DNA from: Podarcis tiliguerta
Taxonomy: Eukaryota
Reading direction: 5' to 3' (one strand)
Assembly (NCBI GenBank): GCA_965153285.1
Contig: OZ229116.1
DNA length: 64,000 nt
In this document: piece after piece, positions 51,657-63,790 of the stretch
Numbering within the stretch: position 1 is the stretch's first letter
Layout: every line of letters begins with the position of its first letter
Position numbers and translations under genes: made by a program
The notes under the pieces: model-generated
The model's database searches: none
Seen by the model: the letters and a program-made list of their open reading frames with translations, nothing else
What the model was told of the DNA's origin: nothing

Positions 51657-51808
51657 TCTTTCTCATAACATAGAACTCATGGCTATCCAATGAAGTCAAA
51701 TGTTGAAAGATTCAGGCAGATAAAAGAAAGTACTTATTCATTCAGTGAATAGTTAAACTATGGAACTCACTCCCACATGAATCAGGGATAGCAAGCAACT
51801 TAGATTGC
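51657..51808 (+). mobile_element. CR1 LINE ORF2 C-terminal fragment
   Basis: agaactcatggctatccaatgaag...agataaaagaaagtacttattca...gttaaactatggaactcactccca (RTxGxPMK..KRKY..VKLWNSLP); CR1 UTR resumes at about 52635-52840. Confidence 0.7.
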
Positions 51809-52239
51809 AGCATTATTATTGTTGTTGTTGTTGTTTAAAGCTGGAACTCACCAGAACTCAGCTCCAGCACCATTATAAGAGAACAAGGGTGGTGTTCATG
51901 GTGAGTTCTGGCACTTCTTTTTCTAGAAAAATAGCACTGATTGTTTTTGTTGTTACTAATTTATTTATACCATGTTTTTTTCTCTGACCAGAACTCAAGG
52001 CTGCTTACAGATAAAATCAGATTAAAACATAGGGGGGAAAGCAATTGTTAAAAAGCAATTAAACATATATCTCTCCATGCAAACACACACACATTAAAAG
52101 TCTATTAAAATCAAATATTTGCAGTAAAAACCATCCCGTTCATTAAAAGTAGTCAGTTCCTAAAAGCCTGAGCTTCTCTAGGGAGGGAGTTCCAAAGTCT
52201 GGGAGCAGGAATAGGCAAATTCATGAAGGAGAAGGCTTT

Positions 52240-52633
52240 GAAGAAGAAGAAGAAGAAGAAGAAGAAGAAGAGGAGGAGGAGTTTGGATTTGATATCCCGC
52301 TTTATCACTACTCTAAGGAGGCATGAGTTTGACCAAACTGTGGGAGGCAGTGGAAGACAGAAGTGCCTGGCGTGCTCTGGTCCATGGGGTCACAAAGTGT
52401 CGGACACAACTAAACGACTAAACAACAACAACGAGTCTCAAAGTGGCTAACGTTCTCCTTTCCCTTCCTACCCCACAACAAACACTCTGGGAGGTGAGTG
52501 GGGCTAAGAGACTTCAGAGAAATGTGACTAGTCCAAGGTCACCCAGCAGCTGCATGTGGAGGAGCGGGGAATCGAACCCCGTTCACCAGAATACAAGTCC
52601 ACTGCTCTTAACCACTACACCACACTGGCTCTC
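52240..52633 (-). mobile_element. Squam3-like SINE interrupted by a Bov-B 3' end (52321-52432, plus strand)
   Basis: (GAA)n tail, SINE body split at aaggag|...|gagtctcaaag; insert ends in aacaacaacaac. Confidence 0.9.
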
Positions 52634-53005
52634 AGTGAACGGCTACTAGCCATGAGGACTATGTTGTGCTGCCTCCACTGCTGGAGGCACTAATGGTTCT
52701 GAATGCCAATTACTGGAGACCACAGGAGGGGAGTGTGCTAATGTGTTCCGATCCTCCTTGCAGGTTCCCCACAGGCATCTGGTTGGCTGCTGTGAGAACA
52801 GGACTAGGTGGGCCATCAGGCTCTCTTTATGTTCTCATGTTGATTTTTCACAAAAAGGATCTCTCCCACAAACATCGTACGAAATACAGTCTCTATCCTG
52901 CCGCTCACATCGTTTGTTGCCTGTTTGGTGTCTTACCGACTGCTGCTTTGATGGCAGGTTTAGGTTCTTTAAAAAGCCACAAAAAACCAGCAAGGCTTTT
53001 CTATA

Positions 53006-53212
53006 CAGTGGTACCTCGGGTTAAGAACTTAATTCGTTCTGGAGGTCTGTTCTTAACCTGAAACTGTCCTTAACCTGAGGTACCACTTTAGCTAATGGGG
53101 CCTCCCACTATGATTTCTGTTCTCATCCTGAAGCAAAGTTCTTAACCCGAGGTACTATTTCTGGGTTAGCGGAGTCTGTAACCTGAAGTGTCTGTAACCC
53201 GAGGTACCACTA
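53006..53212. mobile_element. Tc1/mariner-type MITE
   Basis: Same family as 35455-35696, TA-flanked. Confidence 0.9.
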
Positions 53213-54111
53213 TACTTACCATTTATTGTGGTGCAGTTAATATTCCTAATCTTTCACAAAAGTTGGTTTTCATGGTGGAATAAACATATTTTTAGTACAT
53301 TATCCCAGAATATTAAATATTAGCTCAATTATGATGCTGTTATGTGGCTGCATGCCTCTCTCTCTATATATATATATATAATCTCCTCCACGAACCCTGC
53401 CCTGCAGAAACTATGACATTTCAAATAGAAGTGTGGAAAGGTCAATGGTCATCTTGCTGGGATGCCAGCCAATTGAATCATAATTTATCTATTTATTTAC
53501 TTCCATAATATCTATTCCACTTTTCTATAATGTAACAAAAAACCCTCACTGTCTATCAAAATGAACAATTTGACATTCAAACTAAATGGATAGTAAAATT
53601 TGACTAGTATGGTGATAATTTTTTTATTTATATCTGGCTGGGTTGCCCCAGCCACTCTGGGCAGCTCCCAACAAAATATCAAAAAAACACAAAAACACAA
53701 TGAAACATCAAGCATTAAAAACTTCCCTGGACAGATGTCTTCTAAAAGTCAAATAGTTGTTTGACATGTGATGGGATGTCTTTCTTCCTCCCCCCCCCCC
53801 GCCAACCCACACTCTCTTTCTCCTCCTACCCACCCAATCTGCATTCCTTCTCCCCCCTCTCCCATGTGATTTATTTCAGTAGGTTTACTCTGAGTGGGAC
53901 TAGCAACAGATACAATCCCTTGTAATTCTCCAATGGTGCCATTTCAGAAGTCATTAGAATTCCTTTCCAAAGACTGGACCAGCTTCGGAAGATACAGGTG
54001 CCTTTTGTGATATCTCCTCCACCTTCACAATTCTCATCAGAGAACAAAGCTAGGCTATAACTCACTGTTGAGAGTATACTCTGTAGAAAACTCAAGTTAG
54101 ATACCATTCAC

Positions 54112-54203
54112 CATGTGAAACTGTCCACCGATATGAAGTTCACTGGGTATCAGGTCACATGAGCCAATTCTCAGCATTCAAACATTGGTTCTGAAGCTTA
54201 AGG
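54112..54203 (-). pseudogene. Candidate exon, phase 1-0, with in-frame stop (xLSFRTNV*MLRIGSCDLIPSELHIGGQFHM)
   Basis: gttttgttcattacatttgtattccag| acceptor, weak ATG|gtgaat donor; phases bridge the 55.2 kb and 47.0 kb candidates. Confidence 0.25.
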
Positions 54204-54488
54204 CTGGAATACAAATGTAATGAACAAAACGTTTTTCTTTTTGCTCACAATAATAACTCTTCCCTGGAGGGAGGGGAGAGGTGGAAAGGGAGATGGGCAG
54301 AAATTAAGATTAGGATGGCCATATGTCCTACTGTTCTCCCTTTGAAGGGTTGTCTGTTGTGTGAAGGAGTCCTCTGTCTCAGTTTAAACATAAAAAACCA
54401 TAGAAAGGCAATGTACAAAATATAATGGGTTCTATCCAGTATTAGTATGAGTCAGAGTAGACCCATAGAAATTAATGGACATAACTTA

Positions 54489-54871
54489 AAAGGTAAAGGT
54501 AAAGGACACCTGATAGTTAAGTCCAGTCGCAGACAATTCTGGGGTTGCGGCGCTCATCTTGCTTTACAGGCCGAGGGAGCCAGTGTTTGTCCACAGACAG
54601 TTTTTCTGGGTCATGTGGCCAGCATAACTAAGCTGCTTCTGGTGCAACGGAACACCGAAACCAGAGCAGCACACGGAAATGCCATTTACCTTCCTGCCTG
54701 AACGGTACCTATTTATCTACTTGCACTTTTTGGCGTGCTTTCAAATACTAGGTTGATAGGAACTGGGACCGAGCAACGGGAGCTCACCTCATCACGGGGA
54801 TTCGAACCGCCGACCTTCTTATTGGCAAACCCAAGAGGCTCAGTGGTTTAGACCACAGTGCCACCCGCATC
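54489..54871 (-). mobile_element. Sauria SINE, full length, inserted in the loop of a hairpin repeat
   Basis: TSD cataactta; hairpin arms attaatggac / gtccattaat on either side. Confidence 0.92.
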
Positions 54872-55220
54872 CATAACTTAGGTCCATTAATTTTGGTTGG
54901 ATCAATCTGAGTAAACCTTAGGTGGGGCGACCCAATAAAAACAATAAAAAAAGAGAAGAAGCACAAAATAGAGTTGGTATCTAGATAGCAGGCTGAGCAG
55001 ACTCATGGGTCACCTGATCACAGCTTTCCCCACTTGGGAGGGATGTATTGTATTTCTCTTTAAATTATAGCCATCCCCCTCAATCAGCATCCATACATAG
55101 CATATGCACATTTTTATGCAAATACATGGCCTAATAGTCCACTTCAGGAGACATTCCCTCCTTTTCGGTGATGCGTTAATACTCGTCCTAATTAAGGCAC
55201 ATTGAGAGCCAATCACTTAC

Positions 55221-55430
55221 TCTGTGATTTCAAGCACCCTTCCTCAGAAGTTCTATGTAAATCAAGTAAATATGTGTAGAATGTATCTTCACTGGATTTA
55301 TATTGAACTTTAGAAGACAGTAATATTCCGTAAGAAGAAGAGGAAGACGAGTGACCTTCCATCTCCATCCCTACTGTGGTCCTCAAGTTAAGTCCAGTTG
55401 ACTTCGTCTCCTTGAATACCTTCGGCAGCA
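55221..55430 (-). CDS. Candidate exon, phase 1-1, 210 bp (xLPKVFKETKSTGLNLRTTVGMEMEGHSSSSSSYGILLSSKVQYKSSEDTFYTYLLDLHRTSEEGCLKSQ)
   Basis: ttgtaaacag| acceptor, AGA|gtaagt donor, frame open across the whole exon and closed just after the donor. Confidence 0.5.
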
Positions 55431-55681
55431 CTGTTTACAACATGGATTATTTTTTTAGTAACCCAATATGCAATTTTTATTTACTGTTGTTTATATATAA
55501 CCAAACTTCCACTTTCTGCACAATGGGGAACATTCTAGTATTTTAATAATATTCCCAGATATAAATTATGTAGAGTGTGTGTGTGTGTTTTAAATTAAGT
55601 AAAGCAACACTTTGAAGTAATTACTGTGCACGAAACTACTGCATCAGTTGCACATTCGTTTTTCGCTCATGTCTGCAATTA

Positions 55682-55838
55682 NNNNNNNNNNNNNNNNNNN
55701 NNNNNNNNNNNNNNNNNNNNNNNNNNNNNNNNNNNNNNNNNNNNNNNNNNNNNNNNNNNNNNNNNNNNNNNNNNNNNNNNNNNNNNNNNNNNNNNNNNNN
55801 NNNNNNNNNNNNNNNNNNNNNNNNNNNNNNNNNNNNNN
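55682..55838. other. N-run of about 157 bp (probable mask over conserved sequence)
   Basis: Unique flanks with retained CpGs. Confidence 0.5.
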
Positions 55839-56784
55839 TTGCAGTCTTATGGAAGGCGACAAGTTAATAGCTTTATGAAAAGTAATGGAGAGAAAATGAT
55901 CTTGAAAAGGTCAGGTATCCTGTCTCACAGTGTCTTTATGCACAATTAAAACAAGTCAAGAAAGTGGCTATATAATCAGGACCATGAATATGCATTATAT
56001 CCTAATGAGTGTGAAGATAGGGATGGGTTAGGGTAGAGTCATGATGGGGTGGTGACATAAAAATGGTAATGTGTGATGTAGTATTTAACTACATGCTTCT
56101 GTTCTATATAAAAAAATTAACTCTTGCTTGCCTAGGTTCAGTCATGCTGCCTGTCCAATAGTATATTAGGTAAGCTCTTCTGTTTCAGGGTGTGCTCACA
56201 GAGAATTGCCATGATGCTTTGATCAAGTGCAAGCAAATATCACAACACAGTGTTCAGGTAGTGAGGACCTCACCTGCTTACAAGCATATGAAGTATTGTA
56301 TGCATATAAGGTAGCTGAAATAATTTTAATCTGTTTTAGTATTTCAGCTTCTGTGTGTTTTAAAGGATGGTTTTGAATTTTTCTTGATACCATTGCTTTA
56401 TCTTTTTGTAATCTGCTTTTACAATCAAGAAGTGTATAAATTTTAATAAATAAATTATTGATTGATTGATTGATTGAATTTATATACCACCCTATAGCCA
56501 GAGGCCTCAGGGCGGTTCCCAGTACAATAATAAACATTGTATAGTGGAATTATACCAGTAGCTTCAAGCAATCAGTGCTGCATCAAGTCCAGAAAATTAA
56601 GGCTGCAATCTTCCTTTCCTAGGAGCAATCCCCACTGAATTCAATAGGACATAATTCTGAGTAGACATGGTTAGGATTGGATTTCCCTGAGCAGAAAACT
56701 ACAGGATTGCACTTGAAAGCTGCACTCCTAATCACAGTTGCTAAGGAGTAGGTCCCATTGGACTGAGTGGGGCTTACTTCTGAG

Positions 56785-57227
56785 TAGGGATGGAAAAGGA
56801 ATTTGATTCAGTTTGCATTTAAAGAGAAACTTAGTTGATTGACACTGTCTGAAACAAGATACGAACCCAAACACAGCCACACTTCGAAATTCACACATCT
56901 CGAAATTTTGGAATGCAATTTTCCAACCAAGCAGTTTATTGTATATGTATATGCTGGTGTGAAGTGTGCCTATAAATGCATAGAATGATGAAAACAACAT
57001 ACAACAGTACATTATATCTGGGGAAATTGCTTGCCAAAATGTGTATATTAGTCAAAACTACATACAAAAATACATTTGTTAGGAGACATTTCCACTAAAA
57101 ATGCTGGTCAATTTTCATGAGGATTATTTTTTACTAAAATTTGCAAATTGTTTTGGAAATCTGGAGAACAGAAGACTGGATAAATGAGAAACCAGAACTA
57201 AAATTGACATACGCGTTTTCATTCTCT
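56785..57227. mobile_element. Copy of the TAGGGATG-ended DNA transposon-like repeat
   Basis: Starts TAGGGATGG; similar to 1618-2103. Confidence 0.6.
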
Positions 57228-57529
57228 GGTTCCTACAGAACATAGGAAAGTGCTCCATTTGCATGTAGCTGCTTTATTTCTACCCCATCCTTTAAGACTA
57301 AACATTCCTCATTGTGGCTGATAAGGCAAATGTCAAAAACAAAACAAAATAGCATATATGCCAGGCTTCAGGGAATCTGTTTCCTCCCCACCCCCGTGGA
57401 GTCTTCTTACCAGTTAGAAATTTCAATAGTCACAGCGAGAAAACAAGAACATGTCTCCTAGAAATGGCGGTGTTCCCAATTACCGTAAGTCCTCCCCCAT
57501 CCCTATTAAACTACGTCACTCCTATGTCT

Positions 57530-57829
57530 TGTAATATAAGCTTGGAGCTGCTGTGTTTTCTGTTCTGCCACTTTGAGTTCTGCAGGACTTTGGCGAAGGG
57601 CGGTGGATACTCTCCAGAGACTGTGAATCTGCTAACTCTCTCTCTCTCTTCTGCTAGCTGTCCCCCATCCAGTATTTCCCAGCTTCTGCCTTCTGAACTA
57701 TGCCCCTCTGCAAACCACTGTTCCAAATCTATACTGCCCTCCTGCTCCTGGGAAGGTTCAGGATCAGGAGGAGGGGGTGGCTCCCACCATTCTTCCTCAG
57801 TGCAGCCCTCCTCAGCACGGTCCCTGACA
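57530..57829 (-). mobile_element. Partial LTR of the EEEWW family
   Basis: Begins TGTCAGGGA on the minus strand; aligns by eye with 21.1-21.7 kb; distal end and TSD not found. Confidence 0.8.
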
Positions 57830-59333
57830 TTATAACACAATGAAAATAACATGGGAAACATTTTGTCAGAGAAAATCATATACAGGAGGAGGGGCAGCAA
57901 TAAAATAAGTAAAAGCAAATTGAGCAGAATGGTTAAAGGCCACAAAAGAAGAAGCCAAGTAGAGGGGGAATTCCACAAATATGGAACCACCACTGGAAAG
58001 GTCTTTGCTTGGAATTTACTACCCTGATCAACCTTAGTGTCAGGCCAGACAGCAGACTCTCTGCAGCTGACCTTAGTTCCCAGGCAAGTGGGTTTTGGTA
58101 GTCTTTTGGCTAACCTGGTCCCCAACTATTCAAGATTTTGAAAGTAAGTATCATCAACATCATCACACTTTAGATTAAGCCCAGAAAACAGTGCAGCTGG
58201 TGGTAAAGTGTTGCAATATGATCAAACCAACGAGCCCCACACAAGCATTCTGACTGTTGAATTTTGTACCAGATGAAGCTTCCAGAATGAATTTAAAAGG
58301 TAGCCCTATACAGAGAACATTGCCCTAGTTGGGTCTGGTTGTGACAAGAGCTCATATAATGATGTCTGAGTCTGCTTTTTTCAGCTTTCTCGGGTCACCT
58401 CTGCCTCCACTCGCTCCAAGTGAACCCCTTGCTCCTTACTCAATTTCTCAGAGAGAATGCAGGTCAGCAGTCTTCCCAACTAACAGTCTTTCTGCCTTAT
58501 TCAGATTAATTTTCCATTTGCTTCCCTTTCCATGAGTCGAGTGCAATTGTGACAGGTGGAAGTCAGGGAGAAGAGCAGTAGGTGGAGCCAAGAGGCAATG
58601 GCAGAGCTTACTGATTCTAGCTACGCCTCTTCCTCATCCTCCCCGATTTTCTTACAAGGAACAGAACAACGAAGGAGGAAGAGGAGGAGGACACTGAGAG
58701 GCAGTGCCCCCCTGCCTGGATGTAAGCAAGAAGGTAGGCAGGTGGGGGCTGGCTGATGGGAAGACTGATGTGAAGGCAATGTCCCATTTGCCTTAATGGA
58801 GCAGCCTTCACGGGTTGACTTCATTACTGGAGGAGGACATAGGAAGAGTGTTTAGGAATAACTGATGATATCAAGAACTCACCAAGAAAGGAACTTGAAT
58901 CCTTGAGTGGTGCTAGAGATAGCATCCTTGGTGGAATCAATGGTTGCTGAGAAATTTCATTTGTTGATTTTGGGGCCACTTTGCATATGTAGCTCTGTGT
59001 TGCTGATCCAAACTATTTCCATGGCTATGTATCTTGCACATAAGTGGGAAACCCAACCCAAAGAAAATCTTCTGGTACATCAAAGACTAGCAGATTCATG
59101 GTAGCATAAACCTTCATGAGCTTTAAACTTCCTGCTTTTGGAAAACCCTTTCCATACCAACCTATGTAATGTTGCAGAAATCTAAGGATACAAGGATGTG
59201 CCAGGAAATATGAAGCAGTCTCCCAAGTTGGTATGTTACATATAAATGTGGATTGGTGGCGGTGGGGGGAGGGATGTCTTTGTCAGTTCAGGTCTGCTTT
59301 GCCCAAATGTCTGACTAATATTTGTGTCTTTAC

Positions 59334-59414
59334 CTTGTATGGCTACCTCTACTTCCGTGTCCTTGAGGAGCAAGTCTTCCAGAAGGGAAACGTTGAACTC
59401 CTCTCTGACACACA
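59334..59414 (-). CDS. Candidate exon, phase 1-1, 81 bp (xCVREEFNVSLLEDLLLKDTEVEVAIQ)
   Basis: Branch-point-like ctaat plus acccacag| acceptor, AAG|gtaaag donor; phase matches the 55430 candidate. Confidence 0.45.
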
Positions 59415-62178
59415 CTGTGGGTTTTGAAATTAGTTGTGATTTCTCAGGAGGAAAAAAATAAAAACCAATTCTCATTGTTGATAGCTGAAAGAAAATCTCA
59501 GTATCCAGCCATGGTTTGGAGAGGGGGCTGGGTGCAAAGAAAATGTAGGCTGCGTGGAGAAGGACACAGTGCTTGAGAAAAATTGTAATGTGGTTTTAAA
59601 AACAATCAATACATTCGCTTCATCTTGAGTCATGTGTTGAATTGCAATCACTCCGGCCTAGACAGATATAGATCAGAAGGCAAAGATATTCAGTGAATGC
59701 TAGGGAGTTGGGACATGTGTCCCTGCAGGCTTGGGTTCTTAAGAGGAGCTGCGATTAAGTTCTCTGTGGGGTCAAGCTTGCAAAAGAACAATATCAATAT
59801 CATCATCACCATCATCATTAATTAAATATTTTAAGTCACCTAATATTGATCGACTCTTAACAACATACTGAAAGAAATTAAAATATGAGTTGTGAAAGGA
59901 AACTATAGTAGTCTGTCTACACTGTGGAATCTGAATTTCAATACAAGGTCATTATCCTATTAGCAGAAGCCATATATCCTAAATGGGTGGTGTAGGGCAT
60001 GCAGGAAGAAAATGCAGGAATGCAGTAATTGTTTGTTTGTTTGTTTGTTTGTTTGTTCCCCGCTCATCTGACTGGTTTGCCCCAGCCACTCTGGGCGACT
60101 ACTCTTTGCAGAAACCATAACAATGGATGTACGGAGCCAATCTAGGTGTGACAAAAGAGATCCTTAAAGGGTACTTTTAAACTTTTGCAAATAGGATCTG
60201 GATTATGAAAATTAACCTTTGAAGCTGCTGTTCGCCCTTCTGAAAAAGCATACATCTATTTTTCCTGATTGGGCAAGCAGCAATTATCATGGGGGAACTC
60301 TCCTTTTCCCTGCCAGAATCCCAATATGGATCAGGCATGGCATACCTACTACCTATGACTTCTTCCCTTTTTCGATGAAATCGTCACCCTCATTCATTTC
60401 TCCCCTACTCTAATATAGCTGCACTTATCAATTTCTTTTCATACCAAGAAAAAAACTATGAAATGCACAAGGAGTTGTATCCAGTCATGTCCTCTATGTG
60501 GATGGAAAGCTCTGTGATCCAGTGGAGGATCGCATCAGAGGAACAAGGAGGGGGTCAATTTTTGCCTGTTCACAGTCCCCCTTGCATGCCCCAAAATATG
60601 TTGAAGGACCGCTTGGGATGCAGTGGGAAGTTATGTGGGAAACTGCAGAGTGTCAGCAAAATGGCTTCCTTCCTTGTTCCTTTGATGGGAACCATCTCTG
60701 GAACACAGAGCACTGTCAGTGTAAGGTAAGTCCATGGATATAACCCAAAGGGCTATTCTGTTTAATGATGAATACCTTTGTGGGAACACAAAGACAATAT
60801 TGCCATTGGTATGGTGCAGTACAGTATTAATTCATCATCAAAAGTAGGAAATTGCTGTTAACCTTTTCAGTGAGGCAAAGCACCACCCTATCCTATGAAA
60901 TAACCCACAACTGAAAAGTAGACAGACCCCTAGAGAAAGATAAATCTATGTACTTCTCTCAAAACATTATTTAATTTTGAATTACTGGGGTTTTTTAACC
61001 TGGAAAATTAATCGTTTGAATAAAGATAAAGTCCTCATAAAAAAGAGGTCTGACCAATATAAACAAAACCTAAGCACTGAAAAATCAAGAAAGGGATGCA
61101 TTAGTCATTTTACGAAAAACAACAAAAGGCAGGTCTCTACAATTTTCCAATGATCACTAGAAAAAGAGAAGCAAAACTACAGTACACATGTAAATTAACA
61201 GAGAGCAGACCGTGTGTGTAGAGAAATATCCGCAGGACATTTAAAATCATCCAGACTTCGGGTATACTCATTAATCCATGGGAGTTAGCCATCTGGCATG
61301 TAGTATATGATGCCTTAACTATTGCTATTATTGTTGTTGTTGTTATTATTATTATTATTATTTCTAAATCAGGCTGTATCTGACAATACACTTGCCATTC
61401 AGTATGTAGTGCATTCATTAACATCATGTCTGCTGCTGGATGAAAACAGAGAAGAATAATATCTGGGGCAAGAAAAGAAGTCATCCTTAAAAATGTTATT
61501 AGAGTGTTGGTGACATTGACAGAAGACTACACAATAACCTCTTGCTCAAACTCATTTAAAGGGGGAGAGATTGTTCCCCCTTTTAAACAATGAAAACAAT
61601 CACACACCCATCACTTCTATCTATGTATGTGGTAGATTTGTTGGTGGTGAGTGTGTATACATAAAATCACAAAATCACTCCTGCACAAATGCAGTTTAAT
61701 TAAAGTACTCCACTTGGGCCTGACTCAGTCTATAGTTTGACTGGAAACTCATTATGGTAAATAACATTAATAAAATTAATTTTCAGAAATATTGCAAGTA
61801 TTATAGCGCTAAAAGCAAGGATGAGGAGTATTATTATTATTATTAAATTATGCTCCAAATCATAATAAAACATTGCTTTACAATCATGCTGTGACACATT
61901 TATATTTATGGATTCTTTATGTCATATTGTTCAGCAAAATCATGTGGGCTTGTATTTATATTCATAAAATTGCATTCACAAAATAGCAATTGGACCACAA
62001 CTTTAAAAGAATTTGCAAGAAAATGAAAATGCAGGAATGCATATTTGACTTTAACCAACTTACAACAGAATCACTGAAAATAGTATTTTGATCATTTGAA
62101 AAAGTCCTACAATTATACTTAGGCATTCCAAAGTGATCATAAGTTATTTTTTTTTGGGGGGGGGGGGTTGTGTTTTAC

Positions 62179-63085
62179 TCAGATGATACCCAGCTCTACC
62201 TCTCTTTCAAATCGGAACCAGTGAAGGCAGTGAAGGTACTGTGGGAGTGCCTGGAGGCAGTTGGAGGATAGATGGCAGCTAACGGGTTGAGGTTGAATCC
62301 TGACAAAACAGAAGTACTGTTTTGGGGGGGACAGAGGACGGGCGGGTGTGGGGGACTCCCTGGTCCTGAATGGGGTAACCAGGTGCACAGCCTGGGAGTC
62401 ATTTTGTACTCGCAGCTGTCCATGGAGGCACAGGTCAATTCTGTTTTCAGGGCAGCTGTCTACCAGCTCCATCTGGTATGCAGGCTGAGACCCTACCTGC
62501 CCATGGACTGTCTTGCCAGAGTGGTGCACGCTCTAGTTATCTCCAGCTTGGACTAGTGCAATGCGCTCTATGTGGGGCTACCTTTGAAGGTGACCTGGAA
62601 ACTACAACTAATCCAGAATGCGGCAGCTAGACTGATGACTGGGAGTGGCCATTGAGACCATATCACACTGGTCCTGAAAGACCTACATTGGCTCCCAGTA
62701 CAGTCCCAAGCATAATTCAAAGTGTTGGTGCTGACCTTTAAAGCCGTAAATGGCCTCAGCCCAGCACACCTGAAGGAGCATCTCCATCCCCATCATTCTG
62801 CCCAGACACTGAGGTCCAGTGCCGAGGGCCTTCTCGGTGGTTCCCTCACTGCGAGAAGCCAAGTTACAGGGAACCAGACAGAGGACCTTCTCAGTAGTGG
62901 CGCCCACCCTGTGAACCCCCCTCCCATCAGATGTCAAAGAAACAACTATATGACATTTAGAAGACATCTGAAGGCAACCCTGCTTAGGGAAGTTTTTAAT
63001 GACTGATGTTGTAATGTATTTTTAACCTTCTGTTGGAAGCTGCCCAGAGTGGCTGGGGAAACCCAGCCAGATGGGCGGGGTAGAA

Positions 63086-63133
<48 letters not shown>
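62179..63133 (+). mobile_element. L2-clade LINE, 5'-truncated
   Basis: DDTQLYLSF, MAANGLRLNPDKTEV, LQLIQNAAAR motifs and (ATT)n tail; short reverse tails of the same family at about 49.6, 53.65 and 60.07 kb. Confidence 0.92.
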
Positions 63134-63790
63134 TACTCTGGATTGTCATAGGGTTCCTTCTATTTGCTCAGGCATAAAGAGAGATCTCTCTGGAAATCAT
63201 CCTGTAATTGTCCCCTTCTGGGCTAAAATCCCCAATATCTCTGAATGTAAATATCACTTTCCTGCAGTAGAAAACATTCTAGGCTGATAAACTTTAACTC
63301 TTAATTTGTTCTAGTGCTGCTATTACAATATTACCTGCAACCCTTTAGAGGAAGCATTGTTAGGTAAAATAAATGGCTATGTGAAATCTGGATAATCTCA
63401 AAGTGGAGGCTGTGTCAAAATATCAAGCAATTTTTCTAAGATTATCTGAGACCAAATCCGCACTATACATTTAAAGCACACTTATGGCTTCTCCCAAGGA
63501 ATCATGGGAGCTATAATTTGTGGGTGGTGCTGAGAACTGTTAGGAGACCCACATTGCTGTCCTAGCACATTATATAGCTGTAAACTGCCGTCCTTTTCCC
63601 TTACACAGGCTACTGGGGATGAATATGAGTAATGGGTTTTAGTGGCCCATCCATGGTCCAGTAAGTCCGGTGCATAGTCTTTAACCTGAGAGAGTGGCCT
63701 TGGGATTGTTCCAGGGCCAGATTAATAACTTTAGAGGCCCTGAAAAAGATGGTGGTGCCCCCCCATAAGTAATTCAAAATAAAAAAACAG

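Noticed and set aside
57511-58125. 204-aa ORF as a host gene
   Set aside because: Chimera of low-complexity flank and the LTR peptide; only the LTR part is meaningful
58038-58554. Possible LTR (TGTCAGG...TGTGACA)
   Set aside because: No target-site duplication found
63335-63409. Minus-strand 75-bp exon candidate (LHFEIIQISHSHLFYLTMLPLKGC)
   Set aside because: Weak polypyrimidine tract and phase 2-2 does not join the 59414 candidate; kept out of the feature list
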